Below are positions 23,267 through 35,940 of a DNA stretch of 40,204 nt, in pieces (position 1 is the first letter of the stretch; each line of letters begins with the position of its first letter). Below the pieces are notes generated by a model. It worked only from the letters and a program-made list of their open reading frames with translations, was not told where the DNA came from and made no database searches. The stretch is from Sphaeroforma arctica JP610 (taxonomy: Eukaryota). A program made the position numbers and the translations under genes. The DNA lies in the NCBI RefSeq assembly GCF_001186125.1, contig NW_014040089.1, positions 29,919 to 70,122 on the forward strand. The letters are read 5' to 3'.

Positions 23267-23534
23267 AATGCGTAGATTATAGAAAGTAGTTGGAAAGGTA
23301 CGACCAAAGGAAACAATATACTTCTTCTCAAGTACGATCATCTCAGCTAGTTAAAGTCCTCAGCCTGGTAGAAACAAACTGAGTCTTTGTTTGGGTGTTT
23401 TTTAATTCACTAGACTCTGGTTTCTACTTTAGTGTTTTTCTCACACACGGGCCCCGGGTTAACTCACCGGTTCTACCGCTAATATTGCTGATGGCTCTAA
23501 TATCAGGAATATTTGGATCCGGACCTAAAACTCA
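23267..23534 (+). repeat. Dispersed repeat, copy 1 (copy 2 at 38821-39073)
   Basis: Collinear matches: tacgaccaaag, agctag.t.aagtcct, ttctactt, taccgcta, atcaggaat, ggatc.ggacc, aaaactca. Confidence 0.75.
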
Positions 23535-23619
23535 CGTTTTCGTATTCTGTGGTTTTGCATTTTGGATTGGCTATTTTTATAGTCGATCCCTAGATGCTAC
23601 AAAGAAGGTATACCTTTAA

Positions 23620-24040
23620 TATAAGCCTACGCTTTGTTAGCTGCACCAGATTTGTGTACAGTAGCGGGTTCCTGACATAGTAGAAGTACATGTTTTTGCA
23701 GATAAAAATACAGCATGTTTACTTTAGAGTGGGATATTATTGAAAATAGTAGGTGGTTTTTCTATAATTATCAGTTTTCCACCGAACATGTTTATATACA
23801 TGGCAGCGACTCAAGCAAAAATGTTGCCTTGTCTGATATATTATCAAATACTCACATGGCAAGATAATATACTGTGGAATAGGGCAGGTTAGAGTCCTCA
23901 TGGTCTGCCAACTAGATGTTTCCGTCTATGCCGTATATGGGGTGGATAGCCAAGTACCAAGAAGGTGCAGCGGAATCACTTCACCTAGTTGGTGACTTGA
24001 TTTTTTGGATTTCATTTCATAAGATCGGAACCTGTGAGAA
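23620..24040 (+). mobile_element. 3'-UTR + PPT + partial LTR relic of a diverged Gypsy-1 relative
   Basis: Shares the 3'-UTR motif of 20578-20652. Purine tract agagtggga at ~23726 is followed by LTR-like ggtttttctataat ... actagatgt...tctatgcc...ggtgcag. Confidence 0.7.
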
Positions 24041-26086
24041 AGTGATACATATCGAACGATAAGTAGATCGCGCTATAAATGACTATTTATTGGATGACGC
24101 AAGAAATAAGTACAATGAATAGAGGGGAAGCGATACAACAGAACGATACTATTGAAAACGTAAAATAGACGTACTTGAAAGTGACATTTCGGTAGTTTAT
24201 ATGTAGCTCTTTTTGGTATATTAATAATATATAACTACTACGGCGTATTTATAATACATGTAGTGGTCAATTATAGTATATGTGGAGAGCTGAAAAGCAT
24301 GTCGTGGCACGCAATGAATTATACTTGATCAATCTATCAGATTGCTTGTGTAGGCAGATGAGCATTGATAAGTATGTATTCGCACATGTTCTCGTGAAAC
24401 GCATAGGAACTGTCTCAATGAACAATACAGTCGAATCATACTTGATATTTACTGCATTCAGCTACTCTGATTGCGATCATGGCGTGATTTTAGTTGCGTT
24501 TTAAATTGCAATCTATTGCGTTTTATCATTTCTGAGTCCGTCGCAGAATTTGATGCGCACGAACATTTTTGAACTCCTGTGAGGCTACTCCACATACTGC
24601 TACAGCGCAACAGATATATTATGTCTAGAGGAAATACCCTTGAATTTCCCGTTGGTGAGTGATGCGTACTTTTTCCTGGTGAATTATTTGGATTGTGTGG
24701 GTCTTTGTTCATGCTTTCTGCATTATACTGAGACCGTATATTTTTTATTACTAATATGCTTGCTCGCATATATCTTTACGGGTCAAAATGAGCTGTTGGC
24801 GTTGCATTCAAAGTGTACTATACGCTTGGGGCAATTGCTCATTGGATGTAGTTTCCGCGGGTAGTATTGATTGCCATGGAGTATTCGTACTTTGGCCGTG
24901 GTGTATTCTCAGTCATACTTGCGGATGCCATTATGATGTATGGGACCCGGAATCGGGCAGGGCCAATGTTTCTTGATCAAGAAATACTGAACCTTTCCAA
25001 ATCTTTCACGTTTTTGGGGTAATTTTATTGCAGCTATGGTTGCTGGTGTTTGTCGGGGTTTCTATAACGACAATATGCCGCACCGTGCAGGTGTATAGGT
25101 ATCTGTGATATTGGGAAGTTATGGTGAGCAGGTGTTTGTATCGAAGCTCTATCTGGTGCCCATGGCATTGTATTGATGTCCGGAAGGAGAAGATTGGGTC
25201 GTCGTGTAGGTGTCTCTCCAGCTTATTGTACGTGCAGCAATTGTATTTCGTCTTATTGTTGACCACCTATACTCCCCTACCGAGTCACTCGTCGGTTCTT
25301 TATCTTCTTCATTTGATTTATCATTAAACCACTCAAAGTAGGTTCTGTCCTCGATTAAAACTTTGGACTGCTTCGTGTGAGAGCCCACCGTATTAAAGTA
25401 GGCACCGCAAGCACTGCATAGCTTTTAATTTGCAATTTCCAGAATCAATGAGCTCAGTGCTGCAGCTGTCTTTGTGTACACTTTCTTCACAGTATCAAGC
25501 GTAGTGTTAATACTAGCATTCTAGCTCTTGGATACATCTTCCTCAAGTCTCTGTAGGGCTACTTCCAAATAGATCTTGTTCTCATTATTCACTTTGCATG
25601 TACCAGTCCATGCATACCTTCTCTTGGTGCTTTATCAATTTTGTTGTTTCGTTGCCAGTACAGGAGCGCAACCTATCTTTCAAACCGTCGTCAATCTTGA
25701 TTCGCGGTAATATCTGTACAGGCACGTGTGTATCGGGCTGACCAGTACCATTGCCTTCTGCCTTCACTTCCAGCAGTTGTCTCGCTAAACGTTCGGCACG
25801 TGTTTGCTGTACAACGCTAGCTGTACTAACAAACTTTAATACTGTATTTATGAAAACACTTCTTTTCCTTGTGCCTTTGTCGTCTGAGAATGCGTGTTTG
25901 ATTCTTACTTCTTTAGTTTAAATGGCGGTGTGTCTGGTGGTAGGATTCGAGTACTGCTTATTAAACATAAACAGACTGTAATCACTGTCAAACTTACCTA
26001 CATAAGACCACAAGTGGCAAGATGTCAATGTCAGGCTGCGGATATGATATCATCGCATGAATTGCATGCACGCCGTAGGTCTCTTT

Positions 26087-26558
26087 TGTTTTTGGCCTTC
26101 TTCTCCTATTGTTAGGAACAAAATTGAGGTGCATCAATTGTACTGTATATATTTATATCTAGATTTGTGATAATATCCTGAGCATCTCTGCACATCTCGG
26201 TGCCACCGATACCTTTTTCTCTTCGAAGTACATTTGCATACCCCAAGGTCGAACTTTTAACGCACTTTGTCTCGGTCTCTTTCTCAAGACCCAAACAGAC
26301 CAAAGAATTGTAAATGTCGGAAGGGTTAAATATATCCGTCATAGATTTAATGCAATTCGTTACATATCTCGCCACAAATGAAAGTGAGCATAAAGTATAT
26401 ATTTTTCTGTGAGTTATTGTAGGCAAGTGCATGACTTAGTGCGTGACGAAAATTCCTGCAGTTGTGCTTCAGACATGTACGTTAAAAACACCGTCCTCAC
26501 CTTGCTGAGCCTCTGTAAACATCCATCAGGTACTCTGGAGTGGAAACCCCCTCTCTCG
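26087..26558 (+). repeat. 472-bp direct duplication, copy 1
   Basis: Matches 27224-27695 with about 5 substitutions; offset 1137 nt. Confidence 0.95.
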
Positions 26559-27223
26559 CAATTTTTGTGTTTATCTTCGTTGCTGTCATAAAGTACTTAA
26601 TGGTTGAAAAGTCGGTTGCATTGTCGCTGAAGAAGAATATATTTTTCTTGTTTGGAAGTCTTTGATATATCGAACAAATGCCAGCAAGGTTGAATGGACT
26701 CTGATAGCTTTTTTTGCTATTTTCATGCATCGTCTGAATTACTCTACCTGTCTCATATTTTTATTGTATTGCTGCTCCTAAGAAACTGTGCCCTTTTTTT
26801 ACCAAAGTACCTTTCCATATCCTCCATATATGACTGCAACACGATTTGTTATTTTTGGTCTAATATAACCAGAGTGTTTCCATTTCTAATTCAATTAGAA
26901 TCTTATCCATGTGGTAGTCCTGCCAGCCTCCCCTGGTCACGTGTTACTGAAATCTTCGAAGTTCGTCATCGATTATGTTCAATACAGGGTGTATTGAAAC
27001 AATTTGTTTCTGTGTATTCCATACCAAATGCTAATACAACTTCACCTACAGCTAGAGGTGGTAAAGAATCCCCATTTTTATACATAAATCCTTTTTCTGC
27101 GTTGTCATCCGCTAGTTCCTACATATTGGGGTATGCTGGTTCTTACGTATCTATCGCCAGTTGTCTACATTCTGTATCTGTTAGCAGCTTTCATGCTTTT
27201 ATTTTGAGCGTGTCGCGTACTGC

Positions 27224-27695
27224 TGTTTTTGGCCTTCTTCTCCTATTGTTAGGAACAAAATTGAGGTGCGTCAATTGTACTGTATATATTTATATCTAGA
27301 TTTGTGATAATATCCTGAGCATCTCTGCACATCTCGGTGCCACCGATACCTTTTTCTCTTCGAAGTACATTTGCATACCCCAAGGTCGAACTTTTAACGC
27401 ACTTTGTCTCGGTCTCTTTCTCAAGACCCAAACAGACCAAAGAATTGTAGATGTCGGAAGGGTTAAATATATCCGTCATAGATGTAATGCAATTCGTTAC
27501 ATATCTCGCCACAAATGAAAGTGAGCATAAAGTATATATTTTTTTGTGAGTTATTGTAGGCAAGTGCATGACTTGGTGCGTGACGAAAATTCCTGCAGTT
27601 GTGCTTCAGACATGTACGTTAAAAACACCGTCCTCACCTTGCTGAGCCTCTGTAAACATCCATCAGGTACTCTGGAGTGGAAACCCCCTCTCTCG
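27224..27695 (+). repeat. 472-bp direct duplication, copy 2
   Basis: Matches 26087-26558. Confidence 0.95.
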
Positions 27696-28019
27696 TCTAA
27701 CCTCTCTTGAGAAATATTTGCGATTGCTTCACCTCGTACGCTTTGCAGATCTTCACCAAGAAATCCATCTGCGGCATGTAGTTGATATAGTAGTACTATA
27801 GTCTTGATTGTCGAGCAGCAGGATTTGAAACGATTGAAAGCATTTGATAAAAGCGTATGCAGCCAATCTGATAGGAGGAACGAGTTGCTTGCATCAGAGT
27901 TCCATAAACTCACGGCAGAGAGTACAGTCCGGGGCGTTCTCAGTGCCGGCGCTCTTAGTGATATGGCTGTGATTTGCGCTGCCTTATGCTATGTAGACAA
28001 ATGTGCAAATGGTATACCG

Positions 28020-28434
28020 TGTAAGAGTGCAATGTAGTAGACTTTAAATAAAGTGCAAATGCATCTAAAGAATGGTGCGTTCGAACGAATTTATTTCTGA
28101 TCTTACCCTTTCAGTCATATATTGATGGTGTTTGTACTAGTGTTCAACCACTTGGGTTGGCCAGGGTAAAAACTCATATGATCAGGATGAGAAATCTTAT
28201 GCACAACACTTTAACACTCGGATATATTTTCTAGAAATATAAATATCATATTCTCTGATACTACACTCAGTCTCGGACCTCGGCTCTCGGCTAGCCAGTG
28301 GCCCGTGTTCTATAAATAGATTAATCTGAGAAGAAGTCTCGAATTACTCTTACGTTCTCTCGGACTGACCCACCTATACATATATTAATTTGAGAGCAAG
28401 TCCCAAATTACTCTCGGGCTGACGACGTAAAACA
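28020..28434 (+). mobile_element. LTR-like repeat related to the insertion at 18402
   Basis: TGTAAGAGTGCAATGTAGTAGACTTTAAATAAAGTGCAAA...atttatttctga...aacactttaacact is shared. Possible end ...aaaaCA at 28434; no TSD seen. Confidence 0.55.
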
Positions 28435-29506
28435 TTATTATCGTACTTAGGAATACGTCTACTTCTGTAGTCACTCATACCTTGTCCGAAGTGAACGTTG
28501 TATACGTCTCAAGTTGATTCCTTGATAAACTGAAGCAGCGTATATGGAACATCTTTTAATTGTGCCTCCCCAACAACGGGATTCTGTAACATACCAGCAA
28601 TGAATACCATCACCATATCATAAATCCATAACCAGTTCAAGGCCGATAAAAACAACAACTGCCCTTTGACATTTGCACATATGTAACAAAATCCCGTACA
28701 GAAGGACAGGGGAATAATTTGATATCTTAAGATACTACTTATGTGTCATCCATTCATATTATATTTAAGATTGTTGTCGAAAGTCACTTATTAACAGCGG
28801 ACGACTCTCTTCTTCTGGATTAGGCCTTTCTCATCTTTTAGTGTTGTCATATCGTACTGAGCTTTCACGGCATCATACATCGTAAAAATGTGCGTTTTTA
28901 TTTTAGTTTCAGCGGTTGGTCTTTCAACAGCAGACAATAAGGCATCTCTCACTTTGGCAACGCTATCTTTCGTCTCATGCCCATCTTTTTGATAATGCGC
29001 GGAAAATCGTGCTTTGCACAGTCATAATATGTTACCACCAATAGAATCTAACTGCAACATCTGTTATATTTATATTTTTTATTCTCACTAATAATAGATT
29101 CTAAAAATTTTGGTACATAAACATGTGCTTCTTTTATGTCAAAACCCGCTGTTTTACATAACGCGCGTACGTGACCTATATGATGGTCTCTTCGCAAAGT
29201 ATTCTCTTTTGACATCGGTGCATACGGCATAATGTAATCGGCCGGTTCCGATGATACACCGAGCACATTGTATAGTTTATCTACATGCTGACGTTTTTTA
29301 TTTTGCTCGTCAGCTATAAGTGCCACTTTTATGAGCTATTCACTAAACTATATTCTACAAACCACTGCTACCGCCACAAATCAATATAAGGAAGCTGAAG
29401 AACGTGGCAAGAATGACGTGCACTTAGCACGATTATCCATTACCACAGGGAACGTAGAAGAGCAAACAGATAGCGATGAGTCCTGAAACAACTGGTGGGT
29501 GGAAGC

Positions 29507-30295
29507 AAACATGATCGACTGGTTAAATACAAATACAGATGAAAGAACGTAGTAATTAAAAACGAATGGTATAAATTACCAGCCTTCATCCTTGATTCCC
29601 ACATCACGAGACCGAAGATTACACATTGACATACAAATTAATAGTAATACATACAAAGTACTCGTAGTCTCAGGCGCATATCGCTCATGTGTGGACAGAA
29701 GTATGCTAACAGAACTATATCGATCAGTCTGAGCACAACTGGACTACATACAGCTAACACACAACAATGCGTCAACCGAGTTATGCGACATTTACTACGG
29801 ATAAAGGACAGCTTCCCACTGTTTCGAAGTATTAGACCTATCAGACAAAAGGTGGGCGGAAGCATGGAAACATATTTGATCTGGCAGACAGGCTAAAAGC
29901 AAATACAGACGAAGAAATGTTGTTAATAAATATGAATGATATAAATTACCAATTTTTATCCTTGCTTCCCACATCACGACACCAAAGACTACCACGTTCA
30001 CATACAAATTAGTAGTAATACATACAAGGCACTCGTAGACTCAGTCACATAACGCTCATGTATGGACAGAAGTGTGGTGACAGAACTACGTCTATCAGTT
30101 TGAGCACAACCGGGCTATATACAACTAGCACAAACAGATGCGAAAATACAAAGGACAGGGTCAACCGAAGTACGGGATATTTACTGCGGATAAAGGTAAA
30201 CTTCCCAGTGTTTCGAAGTATTGGACCTACCCCACAATACGTTTCTTTTAGGTATGAATGTTCTTCCATACATAGATATATTTATATGTTGCGGA
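29507..30295 (+). pseudogene. Two tandem relics of a Gypsy retropepsin
   Basis: Units at ~29507-29841 and ~29868-30295. Copy 1: NSNTYKVLVVSGAYRSCVD. Copy 2: SNTYKALVDSVT*RSCMD...GYIQLA...FEVLDLPHNTFLLGMNVLP. Confidence 0.75.
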
Positions 30296-30349
30296 ATTGA
30301 TAAATCCACTTATATCAACAGATGCAAAATGGTAATCACCACTCGCGTT

Positions 30350-32560
30350 ACATTAGGGAGACCCAGAGCAAGAACAAGGGCTTAGAGAGTAACTTGTGGG
30401 CCTCATAGAAATCAGCTTTTTTTTCTCCAATATAATGGTAGGAGTAAAGGTTTTGTTCAAGAGAAATTTGCTGAGGCGAGTCCTTTTTTCTGTCGCGAGG
30501 TGTGAGGCGGCCCTTTCGCCAAGTCACCAAGTGCACAAACAAAAGGCGAGAAAGCCGCCTCGCACCTCGCGTTATCAGACTCGTCGCACCGTGCATGAAG
30601 ATGAGCTCTTCTCGTTGGTGGGTACAGCATTGTATTTTTTGATAGTTTGAATCAGTGATTCGGCCAACATAGTGGTCGGTGGGCGTGCATACTTCAATTG
30701 TGCAAGCATTCTAGGGACCAGTGTACCATGCAGTCTCTCTAACTTGCCATGGTATTGTGGCGTGGCCGTATGCGCGTGCCTTGAGCGGTATTCCAAATAC
30801 GTAAGCATGCACCTAGTTACTTTTGCTGTAAACTGTGAGCCTCGATCCATTTGTATGCAGTGAACTCGGCGACAAGTTCAAATATATCATTCATCGAATG
30901 TGTGTAACATAGCGTCAAGAGTTGTTGTTGCTTTCAGATCACGGATCAGATACTATTTGGCCATGCTAGAAAATTCGTCTATGATTGATACAGAGTGGGT
31001 GTTGTATCTTATTGAAGTTGCGAACGTGTCTATTATGTTCACGAAGACTAACTCGAGAGGCTCTGTGGCAGGTTCGTGCTGACATTCTTTGTTTGTATTC
31101 TTCTTCTTCTTCTTAGCAATAGTGCATGCTTTGCATCGTTCCTCTGGTTGCCTTATATAGGGTAAATCTTTTGGGACGTAGCTGGGGTGCGCGAGCCTGT
31201 TGTACCATGTAATCTGGATGGCTTTCTCTGGCGATGGTTCCACTGTAGTTATAGCTTTGCCGTCGATGTGCATACAGTATAATCTGTACTTTTCGTGCAC
31301 TGTTATAGCTCCAAAGCTTGGTAGTAATATGTACATCATGCTGTTGGTGAATTCAAATGAGTAATGTCGTGCTGAGAGCAGGCTGATACTTAGTAGTGCA
31401 GTTTTGAATGTCATATCGATGAGTACGTCCACCAAGTTTCCTAGCTGAGCCACATACTTTGAATAAATGATTGTATCATCAGCTACTTCGAGTGCATACC
31501 GGTCATTAATGCACATGTTGCGGATGAGATGATGCTTGTGGTACTTATAGAGAAGTACGTGGATGATGGCACAACTATCGCAAGCTAATCAGTATCCACC
31601 TCTGGAATCTTAGTCTGGCTGATCGTTCACCTCCTTGTTGTCGATTGTGGGATCAATTTTGAGGAATAAAATCAATCTGTTAGTAGGTAGCTGGTCATCG
31701 GATACTTGTGCTGACATTGCTTTGTCCTGTCTACCTTCATGAGCTTGTTGTTGATTGCTTTGAATTCGGTATGATCTGTCACTTGTCTTGTGAACGTTGG
31801 GTGTCTCGTGGATATCTAACAATTGTCGCAGTCGTGTAGATTGTATCTATCTACTCTTGTGTCCTGTCGGTCATGATCATCGTAGTTCCTCACGTGTACG
31901 GTAGCCAAGATTTGAATCAGGTCGGCTATACTTGTCATTGTTCTTGGACATATATCCGTAGTCTCTCATGTCGTGATAAGGAACAGATTTGTCAATGCAT
32001 CGATCGTAAGATTTACGACCGTGGTGATTACGACTCTGATTACGTGGTTTACCAGCAACGCACGATTTGATTAGAGCTTGCTATATCTTACGGCATTGCC
32101 CGATGAAGTGTCCAGGATTGTTGCAGAATGCACTTTTTTCTGTCGATACAGCTGTATGTGCACCGTGCACAATGGCTGATGTGTCACTTTCGTCTGGATC
32201 CAATGCGATGAAGTAAGTGGTAAGCTCATCGTACGGCATGGCTATCATAGCGGGTGTCTTCAACGCTGATTATCGTCGTATATAGCCTGCAGTGGAATAG
32301 CGCATAGGCTGTTGTTGGACTTCGAACTTCCGGCGTTTTTGAATTTCACAAATGATGTATCGAGACGACTGGTAAGACTGGCGTAATATTCGTTCTGTTC
32401 TTGCGTGATGCGTCTCAGTCTCCCTTCTAATGTCTGGATATTATCATTAGCTCTGTCATCATATGTGACTGTGTCTAGCTCTGTCGATTCGTTCGTGATT
32501 TGTACCGCCAAAATCTTTGTTGCTGGGTGTTGTGCTAGTTTTTGATCAAGGTATGATGAA
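30350..32560 (-). mobile_element. Ty1/Copia remnant (gag-PR-integrase; RT absent)
   Basis: Gag knuckle (S)AFCNNPGHFIGQCRK; protease-like LACDSCAIIHV (~31560-31590); GAG-pre-integrase WYNRLAHPS...CKACTIAK; PLELVF..IIDEFS; integrase QMDRGSQF...TPQYHGKLER; SH3-like KGRLTPR. Integrase directly after protease is the Copia order. Confidence 0.88.
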
Positions 32561-32569
32561 TTTGTGCCC

Positions 32570-35500
32570 ATTTTGGCTACTGGTGTGACCCCCCCCCGGG
32601 TGTCTTGCCGCAAGCTGTTGTGCCCCCTTTCAGAATGTGTCGCTCGTGTTTTCTACTATCATTGGGTCTTGTTCTAGTAGTGACAAGAATTTGGGGAGCC
32701 ACGTTGTATTTTAGTAGTAAGGTACACATATTATGATGCTGATGGCTTCCTCTATGACTTTGTCAAAAACCACTGGTATTGTCTCCCATGGTAGATTCGC
32801 CAATGCGTTTATTCCAACTTCCCACTTTTGAAGTAGTGCATTTTGTTCTTTGGTGTAAAACTTTGCTCTGTGGGTATTATGCGCCACCGTGAGTAAATCG
32901 ATGGTGGATTTCAAGAACCTGCGTTCTGCTTCGTTGTAGAATCGTGGATGTAATTTCCAGTTTATGGCAGATATCAGTATGGCCATGTTTGTTTCAAGGT
33001 CCATTGTTTTTAAAATCGGCGACTTGATCATTTGGTCGTTTTTATAATGCTTTTTTTTTGCTATCCACTTTGCTAGCATGGTATGCAGTGTTTGCTGTTG
33101 CTTCATTTGGCATAGCGCTTTGTGATGTCCATATCGTTATCCCACCACCTTTGATGTGCTCTGAAAAGTGTTCTAGGCTGTACACAGTGCTAGTAGCTCC
33201 TTTCTATTTGTACCGTATCTTTGTTGTGCGGGTTTAAGCCTTTTGAAAAATAGAATATATCTCGTCTGACCCCGTCTACGACTTAAAATAGACAACCTCT
33301 TATTCCATGATCACTTGCGTCATTCATAGTCTGAAATGATATGTCGTCCACCGGATATGCCTGTTGCTGAACACGATATAGCGTCTTTGAGTTCTTCCCA
33401 TTTTTTAATGAGATCAGGTGTCGAAATATCTTCTACGTTCTGGTTCACTTTTCCTTTCATAAGAGTCCGGAACAAGTGTTTAATTACGGTATGTGGTCTC
33501 GCATGTAGTCTGCTAGTACCGCACGATGTAAGCCCCTTTTAGTTCTTGGCATTGGTCAGTCAATCATGCGTCTTCGCCTTCCCGGGCCTGTTTTGAGCCC
33601 TTGTGTTGTGATTTTGACATAACTGTCTTTTTTCTTGTGTTCTTCTTCGGATGCCACAATGGGTAGGTTTGTCATTACTCTTTGAAGTTGTGCTGTCAGT
33701 GAGTGTAGTCCATATAGTTATGACTTAAATGAGCATTGCGCCCCCCTCCATGAAAATGGGAAGGAGTGCCTACTAATCTCACCGGCTTGGAATATAATAG
33801 TGTACCTTGTACGTTTTAGAGTACTTCATCGATTTCTAGCAGTACTAATTTGCCTTGCTCATGTTGATAATTGACCTGTCAAGTCTAAGCAAGTACGTAC
33901 CTTCTTTAGTAAGCCCATTTTGTCATATTCGCCTGTTGATAACAGTGGCAGATTCACCTATTTTGGTATTGTTCTTTGTATGCGTCCGTCTCTTACCCAC
34001 TTTTCAATATTGTCGTATCTTAGTGGTATGTACTTATGCGGCATAAAGTCTGCTTTAGCGTGTCTTATTTGTTTGATATTGACTTCGTCACTTGTCAAGT
34101 TGAAGTGTACATCAGATATGGCCATTGCATTCCGGTCTATTATGTCCGATCATGATTCTCGGAAACCTTGCTCATGTTCCTGGTCTTCTTCATGTGATGT
34201 ACGACGTAATTCTGATTCCATAGCTGTTGGTATAACTGGATTGATTATACCTGCTAGATACAAGCCAAAGTAAGCTAAAATATCCATGGCTAAATATATC
34301 GGGTACTTTTTATTGGAGGGGGGGGGGGGCGCGAGTGCCTCAAAACAGATCAACGATTTTCTTCCGCCATAGTTGATATCGCACACTTCTGTAGGGCCTT
34401 TACGTTGTACTTGTGCGTCAGTTGAGCTGGTTGTATGTGGCCTGGTTGTGCTTTGACTGACAAGTATAGTTCAATCACTACATTTTGATCCATCATGAGC
34501 GTTGGGCTTCTGAATCGGCCTGTACATTGTTATCATTTGTATGTCTATGTGCAATCTTTGGTCACGTGGGTTTAGAATCAAAGAATAAGGTATATTCGGT
34601 TACTTTCTTCCTTCTTGGGACACTTGCTGAACGCATGAGGCAATGGGTCTACGCCGCAGTGTTGGCAATGTCTTGGTCCTCTTAGTGAGTTGGTATTGCT
34701 CTGTCCTATAAGACTTCCGCAGCCTTGACCAGGACCTGGTGGTTCCCCCCTGCTGGTTAGACTCCCTGCTGGTGTGTCAAGTTTAGACGATTGACTCGTT
34801 GGTATAGAATGGGTGCGTTTCTCATTCGCTTGCATTCTTGATTCCGTTTGGTGTACGTGATTGTTGCTTGTCAGATAAGGTCTTCCGTTATTTATGAAAT
34901 GCCTTCTCTGATATGTCAGGCAAGTTTCCACTACTACCATCAGGCTTGGTATGAGCCTTCAAATCTTGTCAGTTTCTGCTTGCTGTCCGTACATGATCAA
35001 TGATAAATAGTGTCATGCTTTGAGAAGTCGCAGATTGATAGGTTCTTTTGCAGTGTACTTGTATCACGTTTCAAGGTCAAGTGGCAAGCGTGCAGCTCTT
35101 ACTTCTTTGTTCATTCTACTGTCGTGAAAGTCATTTATCCATTTCTCCATTAGGTAGTGTACAGGAGTCCTGCGCAAGTTGTCAATGGTTAATATATTCG
35201 TGAAACCTTTCCAAGCTGATACTGATACAAATTTTACTGTGCACGACAATCAGCCATGCTAACATACTTGCTGGCTGGCCACTTTGGAAACTCGCTCATT
35301 TTGAGTAGCTCATCCGTCTCTTGATCTGTAGTTTTATTTCCTTCGTGAGATCTAACTAATGTTAACTCGTTCATAAAGCCACTGAGTGCAATACACTCAT
35401 CGGGGTCACTCTTATCACAGTTCTTCATAGCTTTATCGTATGGCTCTGAAACCATTGATCTACTTCTAGTATCAATCTCTTGGGTTGTTCTATGGTTTAG

Positions 35501-35940
35501 GGAATGCTCGTATTTCAATGAATTCGTCCGCCTTCTGTGCGTATCTTGTCCACTAATATGCCTATGATGTATGCGTTGCTTGTCAGTGGACACGATGAAC
35601 TTGCGCATTGCTGGGTCTATTGGTACACCCCCGGTGTGGACTGGTCGTCCAACTGCACCACTAATTCTTTATTACTTGGAGTGAAGTTGCTTGATGATGC
35701 TCAAGCTACTGGTAGTATGTGTGCTTGCACTGGTCAAGTTCTGGCTGTACGACTTGTAATCTCTCTTGTGTGTGTACGACTCGAGCTTACATATGTGCGC
35801 AGACTCCTTCGTGCTGCTTTTATCCCTTAATAGGGAGCAGACGTCACTGACTGTACTGTATGTTGAGTATTCATTGTAGAGTCAGGGCTCTTTATTATGT
35901 GATGTGTACGTGTTGTATTGACTTATCATATTCTCCACCA
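32570..35940 (-). mobile_element. Second Ty3/Gypsy remnant (Gypsy-2), heavily deleted
   Basis: Read on the - strand: PBS-like site; gag with CQHCGVDPLPHAFSKC knuckle; protease relic (..CFEAL...IYLAMDILAYFG); RT pieces KWVRDGRI..VNLPLL..KVRTCLDL and GLHSLTAQLQRVM (YxDD deleted); RNase H LEHFSEHIKGGGITIWT...MLAKW. Confidence 0.8.
35930..35940 (-). promoter_or_regulatory. Putative tRNA-Ala primer-binding site of Gypsy-2
   Basis: - strand TGGTGGAGAAT is complementary to the ...ATTCTCCACCA 3' end of some eukaryotic tRNA-Ala and lies ~55 nt upstream of the probable gag ATG. No LTR-terminal CA directly before it. Confidence 0.5.

Noticed and set aside
24300..25900. Further integrase relic on - strand (KDLERF; YTLNATPT)
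   Set aside because: Similarity is too fragmentary to call.
26087..27695. TRIM/mini-LTR element formed by the 472-bp repeats
   Set aside because: No shared terminal CA, TSD, PBS or PPT, and the repeats cut through coding-like sequence.
29048..29326. DnaJ J-domain (LYNVLGVS)
   Set aside because: No HPD motif or helix II/III pattern.
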